The position numbers were made by a program, and so were the translations under genes. A DNA stretch of 64,000 nucleotides from Myxococcales bacterium (GTDB lineage: Bacteria > Myxococcota_A > Polyangia > Polyangiales > DASUME01), in NCBI GenBank assembly GCA_047601445.1, contig JASGJH010000001.1:672001-736000 (forward strand), given 5' to 3'. Positions 25,429-35,577 of this stretch are shown in pieces. Position 1 is the first letter of the stretch. Each line of letters opens with the position of its first letter. A model generated the notes under the pieces. The model ran no database searches. It was given only the letters and a program-made list of their open reading frames with translations, and had not been told where the DNA came from.

Positions 25429-26379
25429 GTGTTCGTAGTTGGCGTCGATGAGAACGGACTTGGGCCGCTGCTCGGACCGCTCGTCACCACCGCCGTCACG
25501 CTGGAAGTAGCGCGTTATCAGCCAGAGCGACACGGCAGCATCGGGCGCGAGCTCGGCATCGACGACAGCAAGAACACCGCGGGTTTCGGCCAGATGGGCA
25601 TGGCAGAGGGACTCGCACTGGCCGTGTTCGAGCGCTTGTGGGGGCACACTCCGCGTGATGTAGACGCGCTGTTCGAGGGCTTACTTCTCGATCGTCCGGG
25701 CGCGCTGCGCGCTCACTGCCCGCAGCGCTCTCAGGCGCAGTGTTGGTCGGTGCAACCTGACTTGCCCTGCCTGGGTGGAGATGTCGCCCGAGGCCGCGAG
25801 ATCCTGACGCAGCTGACCAAGCGCGGCATCCACCTGGTCCATGCGCGCAGTGCGGTCGCCTGCACGGGTACGCTCAATCGCCTGCTGCGCGCCGGTCAGA
25901 GCCGTGTGGAGGTCGATCTCGAGTTGATGGAGCGCCTGGTCCTCGATGCGCGCGGCAAGCTCGGATCAGAGCTGCGGGCCATCTGCGGGATGGTGGGCGG
26001 CATCCGCAGCTATCGCGAGAAGATGCGGCACTTCCCGAGCGAGCACGTGAATCCACGGCGCGCCCAGGGCGGCACGCTCGCCTTCGACGTCACGGGGGTC
26101 GGTCACGTGCGCTTCGAGATCGATGCCGATGCGCGTCACTTGCCGGTCGCCTTGGCTTCCATGCTCGGCAAGTACGTGCGCGAGCTCTGGATGGAGCGGC
26201 AAAACCGCTTCTATCGTGGCCACCAGCCGGAGCTGGCCGATGTGAGCGGCTATCACGATCCGGTGACGCGTCGGTTCGTGAAGGAGAGCAAGAAGTTGCG
26301 GTTGCGGCTCGGCATCGACGAGGAGTGCTTCGAGCGCCGCAACCTGGCGCAGGTCTCCGCGCGGGCGCCCGCCGAGTGA
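25429..26379 (+). CDS. RNase HII-like protein (atypical)
   Basis: GVDENGLGPLLGPLV, DDSK, DAD..LPVALASMLGKYVRE, SGY; GTG start at 25429. Confidence 0.75.
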   Translation: MFVVGVDENGLGPLLGPLVTTAVTLEVARYQPERHGSIGRELGIDDSKNTAGFGQMGMAEGLALAVFERLWGHTPRDVDALFEGLLLDRPGALRAHCPQRSQAQCWSVQPDLPCLGGDVARGREILTQLTKRGIHLVHARSAVACTGTLNRLLRAGQSRVEVDLELMERLVLDARGKLGSELRAICGMVGGIRSYREKMRHFPSEHVNPRRAQGGTLAFDVTGVGHVRFEIDADARHLPVALASMLGKYVRELWMERQNRFYRGHQPELADVSGYHDPVTRRFVKESKKLRLRLGIDEECFERRNLAQVSARAPAE

Positions 26380-26406
26380 CGCTTCGGGGCGTGCGCGCGT
26401 CGTGGC

Positions 26407-28104
26407 TCAATCGGTGCGTAGCAGCATGGCTGGATCGAGGCGGATATGGGCTTTCTGCAGGAGCTCGCGGAAACCGGCCTTGTCCGTGGCCTTGAGATAG
26501 GCGTCTTTGACGTCGATCACGTTGCCCTTCACGAGCTCGAACAAGTGGTCGTTCATGGTCTGCATGCCCTGCGCGCGCGCGGTCTGCATCATGCTCTTGA
26601 TCTGGAAGGTCTTGCCCTCGCGCACCATGTTTTGCGCCGCGGCGTTCATCAGCAGGATCTCGTAGGCGGCCGCGCGGCCACCGCCGTTCTTCTTGCACAG
26701 CACCTGGGAGACCACGCCGCGCAACGACTCGGACAACATCGAGCGGATGTGGCCCTGCTCGTCGGCGGGGAACTGATCGATGATGCGATCCACGGTGGAA
26801 GCAGCGGTGGTGGTGTGCAGCGTGCCGAACACCAGGTGGCCCGTCTCTGCCGTCTCGATGGCGATCGAGATGGTCTCCAAGTCGCGCATCTCACCGACCA
26901 CGATGACGTCAGGGTCCTCGCGTAGGGCGGCGCGCAAGGCCTGGTTGAAGGAGGGCGTATGCAGGCCGACCTGGCGCTGATTCACGAGGCAGCGCTTGTT
27001 CGGATGCACGTACTCGATGGGGTCTTCGATCGTGATGATGTGGTCGCTGCGATTGCGGTTGATGAAGTCGATCAGGGCGGCCAGTGTGGTCGACTTACCC
27101 GAGCCAGTCGGGCCGGTGACCAGCACCAACCCGCGCGAGAGCCAGCAGAGGTCCACCACTGCCTGCGGCAGACCGATCTGCTCCGGCGTCAAAATTTCCA
27201 TTGGGATCTGGCGCGCCACGAGCCCGGGTCCGCGTCGATCGAGGAAGAAGTTGAAGCGGAAGCGCCCGGCCCCCTCGAGCTCGTAGGCGAAGTCGGAGTC
27301 GTGGGTCTGCTCGAAGGACTGCCGCACGTCGGGCGGAGCGATCGCCATCATCATGTCGAGCATGTCTTCGGCGCGCAGTTCGCCGCCCGTGTTTTGCAGA
27401 ACGCGCATCTCGCCGTCGATGCGGACCATGGGCTCGGAGCCGGTGCTCATGTGCAGGTCGCTCGCCTTCAGCGAGACGGCGTGGCGCAGGAAGCGCTGCA
27501 GGCGCGCCTCCGCCTGTGAGTCGCGCACCACCACGCGCGCCGGTGAGCGGGGCGCGGGGGCCGGACTCGCCGACTGGCGCGGAGCGGGCGGTGTCGCGGG
27601 CGGCTGTGCCGCGCCCGCTGCCTGGTTGGTGGGTAGCGCGATCGAAGGAGGCGAGGGTGCGCGTCGCATCTGGCTCGCTGCGGCGTTGTCCGGCGCGCGG
27701 GGCAGGTCGAGCATGGGCTCGCGCGGACTGGCGAAGCCGCCCCATTCTTCCCCCCCGCTCTCCGGGGGTGCGGGCGTGTCGTAAGACGAGTCGATCTCGT
27801 GGGTGCTCAGGATCACGCGCCATTGCTCGGGCGCGTTGACGTCGATGGCGACGTAGATGATGCCGGCTCCGGCCTGACCGCGCGTGGTGAAGCGCAGGTG
27901 GCCGCTACGGCGCAGTTGTTCGAGGCCATCGGGCGGCGAGACTTCGCGCACCAGCTGCAGCACTTGACCGTGGCTGATGGACTGATTGCTACGCCGGATG
28001 TCGCCCTGCGCGAAGCGAAACTCGACCGGCTCGCCCGAACGCATCACGACGCCGTGCGCGTTCTGCTTGAGCATGTGCTGCACATAGAAATCCAGACGTC
28101 GCAT
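26407..28104 (-). CDS. pilT: Type IV pilus retraction ATPase with N-terminal extension
   Basis: ASDLH, GPTGSGKSTT, TIEDPIE, LREDPD..VGEMRD, HLVFGTLHT, GMQT. Confidence 0.92.
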   Translation of the reverse strand: MRRLDFYVQHMLKQNAHGVVMRSGEPVEFRFAQGDIRRSNQSISHGQVLQLVREVSPPDGLEQLRRSGHLRFTTRGQAGAGIIYVAIDVNAPEQWRVILSTHEIDSSYDTPAPPESGGEEWGGFASPREPMLDLPRAPDNAAASQMRRAPSPPSIALPTNQAAGAAQPPATPPAPRQSASPAPAPRSPARVVVRDSQAEARLQRFLRHAVSLKASDLHMSTGSEPMVRIDGEMRVLQNTGGELRAEDMLDMMMAIAPPDVRQSFEQTHDSDFAYELEGAGRFRFNFFLDRRGPGLVARQIPMEILTPEQIGLPQAVVDLCWLSRGLVLVTGPTGSGKSTTLAALIDFINRNRSDHIITIEDPIEYVHPNKRCLVNQRQVGLHTPSFNQALRAALREDPDVIVVGEMRDLETISIAIETAETGHLVFGTLHTTTAASTVDRIIDQFPADEQGHIRSMLSESLRGVVSQVLCKKNGGGRAAAYEILLMNAAAQNMVREGKTFQIKSMMQTARAQGMQTMNDHLFELVKGNVIDVKDAYLKATDKAGFRELLQKAHIRLDPAMLLRTD

Positions 28105-28277
28105 CGTGTCGCTACGGCCCCTCCGAAACTCGCCCGGCCTCGATTATCGCCTCGCCGGCGACCCGAAAGGCATTGGAATCGCCATGCGTTCCTGGGCGGG
28201 GGTAGCCGCACGTGCCCGCGCAGCCGTCAGAGCGTGTTTGCCGTGGGTTGTCAGGTCGTGTGATAAGGTGGCGGCCG

Positions 28278-29498
28278 ATGTCGTCCGTGAGCCTGCCGAC
28301 CGTCGAAACGACGGACAAACTCGTTGCCGAGGTGCGCTCCCATCCCAACGGACAACGCCTGGCAGCGTTTTGTCTCGATGTGCTCTCCGGGCAGGCCGAA
28401 GGAAGGGCGCTTTACGCGGGACGTCGCTTGATGCGGGTGCGCGCCGGCAACCACCGGCTCTCGCGCCCTGACGCCGAATGCTCTCTGGGGAACGTGCTCG
28501 CGATTTTGGAGCGCGGTCCCGAACGATCCGCCGAGTGGGCCATGATTTCCGCCTTCGCCGTGCGCGGGCTGGACGACAAGCTGACCGAGAGCAGCGCTGC
28601 CGAACGTCGGGAGGTGGTGGAGCGCTTCGCCCGACACGCCGACTGGCTCGAGCTCTCCACGCCCTACGCGCCCTATCGCTTCGCACCCGAGCTGCTCTCC
28701 GAGAGCAATCGCGACGTGCTCGGGGAGGCGCTCGAGACCTTCGTGCTCGCTCCGGCCGACGGTCCCTCCACGGCCGCCCATCGCGCGCGCGCCACGTTGC
28801 GGCTCCACGTGCTTTCTACGCTGGGGCGCCCGAGCACGCAGTCGGTCTTCGAACATGTGATCGAGAATACGCAAGACCCCTGGATCCTGGCCCTCGCGCG
28901 CCACGCTCTGGGAGGCCAGCCGCCGGTGCCCGCCGAGAACCCGGAGCTCCTGGGCGCTTGGGGGCGCCTGCCGCGCCTATCCGTGTGGCGGGTAGTCCAA
29001 TACTTCACGGGCATCGCTCTGCTGGCAGCGGTATGGCGCTTCGTGGCCTACGGCTTCGGCCTGGAGAGCTCGGCGCGGGTGCGGCTCGAGACCAACGCCG
29101 TGCATGTGCACCGCGAGACGCGGCTCTTCGGCCGAACCTTGCGGGCTAGCGACGCTTCCTATGCGCTCAAGGACGTCGAGTGCGCCACGCGCGAGGTCAG
29201 CATGCCCACGTTCCAGGTATTGTTCGGGGCGTTGGCGCTCGTGCTCGGTGTCGTCCTCGGCACCATATGGATCAGCGATGGTCTGGCGCGGGCCGACCAT
29301 GAGCTGATGCTCACGGGCGTGTTCGCGCTGCTGGCCGGGGCGGGGCTGGATCTGTTCTTCGCGGGCTGGGGCAGCTTGCGCCACGAGCGCGCCGGCTTCG
29401 AGATGTTCGTGGACAACGAGCGGGTGGTCGCCTTGCGGCGCGTGGACCCGCAGCGTGCGCAGCGCATGGTCCAGCAGATCGCCGCCCGCCGCGCCTGA
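28278..29498 (+). CDS. Hypothetical membrane protein
   Basis: Soluble N-terminal half and three hydrophobic segments near the C-terminus; start uncertain. Confidence 0.7.
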   Translation: MSSVSLPTVETTDKLVAEVRSHPNGQRLAAFCLDVLSGQAEGRALYAGRRLMRVRAGNHRLSRPDAECSLGNVLAILERGPERSAEWAMISAFAVRGLDDKLTESSAAERREVVERFARHADWLELSTPYAPYRFAPELLSESNRDVLGEALETFVLAPADGPSTAAHRARATLRLHVLSTLGRPSTQSVFEHVIENTQDPWILALARHALGGQPPVPAENPELLGAWGRLPRLSVWRVVQYFTGIALLAAVWRFVAYGFGLESSARVRLETNAVHVHRETRLFGRTLRASDASYALKDVECATREVSMPTFQVLFGALALVLGVVLGTIWISDGLARADHELMLTGVFALLAGAGLDLFFAGWGSLRHERAGFEMFVDNERVVALRRVDPQRAQRMVQQIAARRA

Positions 29499-29558
29499 GC
29501 TGTCCGGGAGTCCAGGCTTCGTCCGAAGGTAGCGGGCCCGGGCTCGCTGGGGCGCGGG

Positions 29559-30683
29559 CTACTTGGGGTGCAGCGGCTCGACGGTCGGCGTGGGGACGCT
29601 GCCGGTGGCGCTAGGCGCCTGGGTGGGCTCCGTGCCTCCGGGAGCCTGCGGAGCGGGTTCGCCGCCTCCGCCTTCGGGCTGGTTCAAGATGCCGCGCAGA
29701 TCGTCGAGTGCGGGCAGGAGTTCGAGCAGAGCGGTCGCAGTGCTGACCTTGATCTGCCCCGTGATGGTCGCGCGGTCGCCCTCGACGTCGGTCTGAATTC
29801 CGCGCAACACGGAGGCCGCAGGGGTGAGTCCGATGCCCGGAATGTCGAGCAGGCGACTGATCCCGTTGCGCACCAGCATGATAGTCGCCACTGCGTGCTC
29901 GGGGCTCGCTGCGACAAGCAGGCCGCCACCCACGATGCGCGAATCGGCGAAGCTCAAGCTGCCGGCGCCCGCGCGCGCACCCGTCAGCACGCTCAGCTGT
30001 CCGCCCAGCACGCTCTGAGCGAAGGCTTGCAGGATGGCGCGTGCCTCGTCAGGCATGCGCGCCACGCCCGCCACGTCGGTGCCGGTGTCGAACTGGTTGT
30101 AGAGCGCCTTGATCGCCGTGTCGCTGGCCAGGCTGGGGCCCTTGCCGAGCACCGTGTTGATGGTGGCCACCACGCTCTCGGCGTCGCCGCCCACGATTCC
30201 ATCCGAGCCAAGGAAGGCAGCGCGCGAGCCGCCGCGGCTGCTCACCACCGAGGGAATCCCTTCCACGTCATCGCGCTTGAGGCCGCCTGCGTTGCCGCTG
30301 GCCTCGCCGAACTTCTTCACGCAGTCGACCAGCGCGTCATGATCCAGGTCGCCGCGCGCAGTGAAGGCGAAGCGCGGCATGCCGCCGCCGGGGGTGGGGC
30401 GCGCAAAGACCACGAGTTCGGTGATGCCCTCGAGCGGGTTGAAGCCGCACAGCTTGGTGATGCGCTCGATGCCCTGGGCCTGTCCTTGTTCGACGACCAG
30501 GCGCTTCCAGGCATCCGAGCCGAGCACGCGATCGACCTTGATGCGCACCGCGCCGTAAGCGTCGGAGGGCACTGCTGCGAGCGGATCGAGCGGCAGATGG
30601 ACCTGAGGCCGGAGGAAGAAGAAGGCGCCTGCACCGACAGCGGCCAGAGCGAGTACGAGTACTACCAAGGACGAGCGTTTCAC
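29559..30683 (-). CDS. Hypothetical exported or membrane-anchored protein
   Basis: N-terminal signal/anchor MKRSSLVVLVLALAAVGAGAFFFL; Pro-rich tail. Confidence 0.75.
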   Translation of the reverse strand: MKRSSLVVLVLALAAVGAGAFFFLRPQVHLPLDPLAAVPSDAYGAVRIKVDRVLGSDAWKRLVVEQGQAQGIERITKLCGFNPLEGITELVVFARPTPGGGMPRFAFTARGDLDHDALVDCVKKFGEASGNAGGLKRDDVEGIPSVVSSRGGSRAAFLGSDGIVGGDAESVVATINTVLGKGPSLASDTAIKALYNQFDTGTDVAGVARMPDEARAILQAFAQSVLGGQLSVLTGARAGAGSLSFADSRIVGGGLLVAASPEHAVATIMLVRNGISRLLDIPGIGLTPAASVLRGIQTDVEGDRATITGQIKVSTATALLELLPALDDLRGILNQPEGGGGEPAPQAPGGTEPTQAPSATGSVPTPTVEPLHPK

Positions 30684-30785
30684 GCGCCCCAGCCTAGCAG
30701 TGTAAGCGCCTCGTTCCCACGCTGAGAGCGCACGTTAAGCGCGTTCCCTGGTCGCGAGCGTTGTTTCGGGCTACGAGCGTCGCCC

Positions 30786-31538
30786 ATGCCCTGGCGCCCC
30801 GCACTGCTCAAAGGAAACCGCGTTTTGGCCCGTTGTGACGAGGCAGGGGCGTTTCTCGACGAGGGCGGCAGGGTCGAGGTGCGCTATCGGCCCACCGATC
30901 CCCGCGCCTACCGTGCGGGCGTCCGGAACCTGAGCCCCGTCGAGGGCGAGATCCTGCCCGATGACCACTGCGTGCCCGCCGCCCCGGAGGCGCCGGACGC
31001 TGCGGCCGCCAAGACCAAGGCTACGGGTGGCGCGCGCAAGACAACGGCGTCGGCGAGCGCGGGCAAGGCAGTCGAGGCCGGCCCCAGTGACGCCCGCTAC
31101 GTCGCCTACACCGACGGTGCCTGTAGTGGCAACCCCGGGCCAGCCGGACTCGGGGTGGTCCTGCTCGAAGGCAATAGTCGACGCGAGCTCAGTGAGTACC
31201 TGGGCACCGCCACCAACAACGTCGCCGAGCTCACGGCAATCCTGCGGGCCCTGGAGGTCATCGAGGCGGTCGAGGACAGCGTGCTCGTGCACACTGACAG
31301 CCAGTACGCCATCGGCGTGCTCCAAAAAGGCTGGAAGCCGAAGGTGAACCAGGAGCTCATTGCGGCCATCAAGACCCGCATGAAGGTCTTCAAGGCGCTG
31401 CGCCTCGTGTACGTGCCCGGCCACGCCGGCGTGCCCCTCAATGAGCGCGCCGACCAGCTCGCGCGCATGGCCGTGAGTTCCCGTTCCAACTCCCCTTGGC
31501 GAGAAACGCAGGTAGGCCGTGAGCGAGCGGAGGCCTAG
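30786..31538 (+). CDS. rnhA: Ribonuclease HI with extra N-terminal domain
   Basis: [37 protein letters not shown]. Confidence 0.93.
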   Translation: MPWRPALLKGNRVLARCDEAGAFLDEGGRVEVRYRPTDPRAYRAGVRNLSPVEGEILPDDHCVPAAPEAPDAAAAKTKATGGARKTTASASAGKAVEAGPSDARYVAYTDGACSGNPGPAGLGVVLLEGNSRRELSEYLGTATNNVAELTAILRALEVIEAVEDSVLVHTDSQYAIGVLQKGWKPKVNQELIAAIKTRMKVFKALRLVYVPGHAGVPLNERADQLARMAVSSRSNSPWRETQVGRERAEA

Positions 31539-32820
31539 TCTCGAGCTCCTCGAGCGCGATCTACGCCACGTCTGGCATCCGTACGCCGGCCCCAACCCAG
31601 TGCCGTCTCCGTTCGTGGTCGAGCGCGCCGAGGGCTGCCGGCTGACCCTGGCCGACGGTCGGGAGCTCATCGACGGCATGTCTTCGTGGTGGACGGCCAT
31701 CCATGGCTATTCGCACCCGGCGTTGGTGCGGGCTGCGCAACAGCAGGCCGCGCGGCTGAGCCACGTCATGTTCGGCGGCCTCACCCACGAGCCAGCGGTG
31801 GAGCTCTGCACGCAGCTGGTAGCGATGACCCCGGAGCCCCTGCAGCGGGTGTTTCTGTGCGATTCGGGCTCGGTCTCGGTGGAGGTCGCCCTCAAGCTCG
31901 CCCTGCAGGTTTGGCAGGCCGAGGGCCGCGGCGAGAAGCGCAGGCTGCTGACGGTGCGCGGCGGCTATCACGGCGACACCTTCGGGGCGATGGCGGTGTC
32001 CGATCCCCACAACGGCATGCACAGCCTGTTCGCCTCGGTGTTGCCCGAGCACTTGTTCGCGGAGCGCCCAGGCCCTGCCTACGACGCCCCCTGGGACGAG
32101 CGCTCGTGGAGCTCCTTCGAGCAGCTCATCACGCAGCACGCCGCGAGCCTGGCTGCCGTGATCCTCGAGCCCATCGTGCAAGGCGCAGGCGGCATGCGCT
32201 TCTACCATCCCGAGTACCTACGCCGCGTGCGCGCGCTCTGCGACCGCCACGAAGTGCTGTTGATCCTCGACGAGATTGCCACGGGCTTTGGCCGTACCGG
32301 TGAGCTGTTCGGCTGCCACCACGCGCAGGTCGCGCCTGACATCATGTGCGTTGGCAAGGCCCTCACGGGCGGCATGCTCAGCTTGGCCGCCACCCTGTGT
32401 ACGGAGCGCGTGGCCGCTGCCATCGGGCGCGCATCGCCCGGCGTCTTCATGCACGGGCCCACATTCATGGCGAACCCCTTGGCCTGCGCCATCTCGCTGA
32501 CCAGCCTCGAGCTCCTCTCGAACAGCCCCTGGCGCGAGCGCGTGAAGGCCATCGAAGCTCAGCTGCAGCGCGAGCTCGCCCCCCTTCGCGACCTGCCGCA
32601 AGTGGCGGACGTGCGCGTGCTCGGGGCCATCGGCGTCGTCGAACTCGAGCGCCCCGTGGTGATGGCCGAGGTTCAGCCGGCTTTCGTCGACGAGGGCGTC
32701 TGGCTGCGCCCCTTCGGCAAGCTCGTGTATTGCATGCCGCCCTATGTCATCGCTCCGGACGAGCTCGCCCGCATCACGGGCGCGATGGGCCGGGTGATCG
32801 CGCGCATCGCTCACGCCTGA
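31519..32820 (+). CDS. bioA: Adenosylmethionine-8-amino-7-oxononanoate aminotransferase
   Basis: [44 protein letters not shown]. Confidence 0.96.
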   Translation: MSERRPSLELLERDLRHVWHPYAGPNPVPSPFVVERAEGCRLTLADGRELIDGMSSWWTAIHGYSHPALVRAAQQQAARLSHVMFGGLTHEPAVELCTQLVAMTPEPLQRVFLCDSGSVSVEVALKLALQVWQAEGRGEKRRLLTVRGGYHGDTFGAMAVSDPHNGMHSLFASVLPEHLFAERPGPAYDAPWDERSWSSFEQLITQHAASLAAVILEPIVQGAGGMRFYHPEYLRRVRALCDRHEVLLILDEIATGFGRTGELFGCHHAQVAPDIMCVGKALTGGMLSLAATLCTERVAAAIGRASPGVFMHGPTFMANPLACAISLTSLELLSNSPWRERVKAIEAQLQRELAPLRDLPQVADVRVLGAIGVVELERPVVMAEVQPAFVDEGVWLRPFGKLVYCMPPYVIAPDELARITGAMGRVIARIAHA

Positions 32821-33749
32821 GGGCGCGCAGCGTGGGCCGCGGCAGCCTCTCGCAAGGTCACGAAGCGATACCCGAGCGTCTTCAGCTTCACCAGCGCGCT
32901 ACGCAGGGAGGCGCGCTTCTGCTCGTGTCCGAAGCGAAGGTCGGGCTGATAGCGTGTCAGCGGCAGCAGACCGTCGAGCGCCGCGTCGGCCAGGTCGATG
33001 CCGTGCAGCTCCAGATTCACGAACGGACGTGCGCTGGCCAGCTTCGCCAGGAGCGCCGCGCCAAGTTCTCCGGCGCTGACCACGTTGGTGCCGATGAAGG
33101 GCAAGCGGCCGCTCCAACCCGCGGTCACGCCGATGGGCAGCTCGAGCAGGCCCGCGCCCCGCCGGTAGTAGCGATCGGCGATGCGATAAGGGTCGGCGGG
33201 GGCCAACAGCACGCGCGGATCATCGACCAAGCTGCTGCTCCTGCGTCCCATCAAGCGCATCGCACCGATCACGCTGGTTTTGAGGGCATAGTAGCTAGGG
33301 CAAGGGAACACGCTCGAGTCGTAGGCTACGCCGGCCTGGTCGAGCACACGGAGCAGACCGTCCGTCATCGTGTATCCGGGGGCCCGAAAGCCCACGGGGC
33401 GAGCGCCCACGGCGCGTTCGATGGCCTCCGCTCCGCCTTCGACCTCGCGCCGCTGAACCGCAGCGGAACGACGCGTGAGATCGTAGTGGTGACTGAGCGA
33501 GTGATTGGCGATTTCGTGCCCAGCCTCGTGCAACAGGCGCAGCCGCCCGGCGTTCTCCGCCTTCGCCAGACTCGTCCCGATGGCGAAGAAGGTGGCCTTG
33601 ACGCCGAGCTCGTCGAACAAACCCACCAGCCGGGGGAGGGCGCGCACATAGATGGCGTCCATGCGCAGCTCCCCGGACGTCAGGCCGTGGATGGCTGCGT
33701 AGCAATCGATTTCGTCGAGATCGACCGAGATTGCCGCCAGCTTCGACAT
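32811..33749 (-). CDS. Polysaccharide deacetylase (CE4/NodB family)
   Basis: [30 protein letters not shown]. Confidence 0.88.
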   Translation of the reverse strand: MSKLAAISVDLDEIDCYAAIHGLTSGELRMDAIYVRALPRLVGLFDELGVKATFFAIGTSLAKAENAGRLRLLHEAGHEIANHSLSHHYDLTRRSAAVQRREVEGGAEAIERAVGARPVGFRAPGYTMTDGLLRVLDQAGVAYDSSVFPCPSYYALKTSVIGAMRLMGRRSSSLVDDPRVLLAPADPYRIADRYYRRGAGLLELPIGVTAGWSGRLPFIGTNVVSAGELGAALLAKLASARPFVNLELHGIDLADAALDGLLPLTRYQPDLRFGHEQKRASLRSALVKLKTLGYRFVTLREAAAAHAARPQA

Positions 33750-33754
33750 CGAGC

Positions 33755-34477
33755 TCAACCCTTGATGCGGATCGCCACCACCAGGCGCGCGATGCCCTTC
33801 AGGACGTTCGGCACCCGACGGAACAAGTGGATCGACGGGGGCCGCTTCTCGAGCACGCGCACGGGGATCTCCTGGATGCGCACCTGGTTACTACGCTCCG
33901 CGCGGATTACGAGCTCGCTCGCGAACAGGTCCTTGTCGACGATGCAGGACGCCACCACCCTCACCAGGGAAGCGCGGCGAAACGCCTTCAGGCCATGCGT
34001 GTCGGTGCCCTTGAAGCCAAGGCTCACCCGCAGCATTCCGTTGATCACCAGGGTCGCGAAGTGGCGCATGAAGGGCCGCTCGTCGCTCGAACTATCGAGC
34101 ACCTTGGAGCCCACCACCAGGTCGGCCTTTCCGCTGTGCAAGAGGGGCAGCGCCCGCTTGTAGAAGTCCGTGTCGCACAGGTCGATCTCGTCGCAGATCA
34201 CGATCTCGCCGCGTGCCTCTTCGATGCCGCGTTTGAGGGCCTTGCCGTAGTTGGGCTCGCCCAGGCTGAAGATGCGCACCTGCGGGAAGCGCTGGGAGAG
34301 CTCCTGGCCGAGCTTGACCGTGGCATCCTTCGAGCCGTTCTCGGCCAAGATCAGCTCGTATTCGAAGCCGAAGACCTGCAGCCTGTCGACCAGGTCTTTG
34401 ACGGCGGCTTCGAGGATCGCCTCTTCGTTGTAGACGGGAATGACGATCGAGACTTGCGGCGAAACGCTGGCGGGCAT
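33755..34477 (-). CDS. GT2 glycosyltransferase (polyprenyl-phosphate glycosyltransferase-like)
   Basis: SIVIPVYNE, NGSKDAT, NYGKAL..G, DTHGLKAF. Confidence 0.9.
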   Translation of the reverse strand: MPASVSPQVSIVIPVYNEEAILEAAVKDLVDRLQVFGFEYELILAENGSKDATVKLGQELSQRFPQVRIFSLGEPNYGKALKRGIEEARGEIVICDEIDLCDTDFYKRALPLLHSGKADLVVGSKVLDSSSDERPFMRHFATLVINGMLRVSLGFKGTDTHGLKAFRRASLVRVVASCIVDKDLFASELVIRAERSNQVRIQEIPVRVLEKRPPSIHLFRRVPNVLKGIARLVVAIRIKG

Positions 34478-34503
34478 CCAAAGCTCCAAAAGTGGCCGCT
34501 ATC

Positions 34504-35556
34504 TTACTCCACGGAGCTGACGATGGCGTGGGCCTGGCTCAACTCGACGAGGGCGTCACCCAGGCATGCCGGCACCACCATCGAGCGCCCGCGCTCCGCG
34601 GTGGTACTACCGAGCCGAACCTTCCCCTCGAGGACCGTGATGCCCAGCAGCCGCTCGCTGGCCGGCAGGTTGAGCACGCCGGTCCCGGCCAGGCGCCCCA
34701 CACGCAGCCACTGGCTGTTCAGTCCCCCGTCGCCAGCAAGGGGAGTGAGGCTGGCTTTGCCGTGCACCTCGGCGGGCCCCGCCTGACGCCGGATTTCCCC
34801 GACGAACGCCGGCTCCTGAACCCGCTGCCAAGCCGTCACGGCCAGCGCGTGGTCCACGTGAAGGGGGCGCAGGCTGCCGTCAGGCGCCGCCCGGCCCTGG
34901 GCGTCGTAGCGGCGGTCCCAATCCCAGTAGCGGTAGGTGACCCCACGCAAGCCCGGCATCACGTGCTGGGGCTCCACCAGGGTCAGCCCCTCGCCGATGG
35001 CGTGCGGGGTCCCCGCATCGATCACGAAGAAATCACCGGGCTCCACCGGCACGAAACGCAGCAGCTCGCGCAGCGCTCCCTGGCCCCGCTCGAGCGCAGC
35101 GCGCACGTCCGCTTCCGACGTCCCCGGCTCGAATCCGAGGTAGAGGCCCGCACCGGGCTCCCGCGCCACCACGTACCAGCTCTCCGGCTTGCCGCATTCG
35201 CCCGTGGCCAGGCCCGCGTAGTCGTCGCTCGGGTGAATCTGGACGCTGAGCGGCTCCGCGGTGTCGATCAGCTTCACCAGAAGTGCGGTGCCCACGCGAC
35301 CACGCCGGTGCTCTTCGCCCAGCACGGCGGCCGGGTCGTGCCCGATGAACTCGGTCAGCAGGCTGCCATCCTCGAGTCGGGCCGGGAAATCCGGCTCCAC
35401 CGAGACTTCCCAGGACTCACCCACCACCAGGTCGCGCGCCCCATGTAACCAGTGCTGCTTGTAGTCCCGCGCCAGCCTCCGCCCGCCCCATGGTGTGCGC
35501 GAAGGCGGCGTGAAATTGTCGGCGCGCAGGAGGACTGGCTCGATGGCGGACGTCAC
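34504..35556 (-). CDS. manA: Type I mannose-6-phosphate isomerase
   Basis: WGG, GESWE, LLVKLID...LSVQIHP, KPESWY, GTPHAIG, TYRYWDW. Confidence 0.85.
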   Translation of the reverse strand: MTSAIEPVLLRADNFTPPSRTPWGGRRLARDYKQHWLHGARDLVVGESWEVSVEPDFPARLEDGSLLTEFIGHDPAAVLGEEHRRGRVGTALLVKLIDTAEPLSVQIHPSDDYAGLATGECGKPESWYVVAREPGAGLYLGFEPGTSEADVRAALERGQGALRELLRFVPVEPGDFFVIDAGTPHAIGEGLTLVEPQHVMPGLRGVTYRYWDWDRRYDAQGRAAPDGSLRPLHVDHALAVTAWQRVQEPAFVGEIRRQAGPAEVHGKASLTPLAGDGGLNSQWLRVGRLAGTGVLNLPASERLLGITVLEGKVRLGSTTAERGRSMVVPACLGDALVELSQAHAIVSSVE

Positions 35557-35577
35557 GCCCGCGAATCTATCACGTCG

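Noticed and set aside
23246..26379. AAA ATPase plus nuclease as an anti-phage system
   Set aside because: The genes are divergent and separated, the ATPase is CoxD/MoxR-type, and there is no defence-island context
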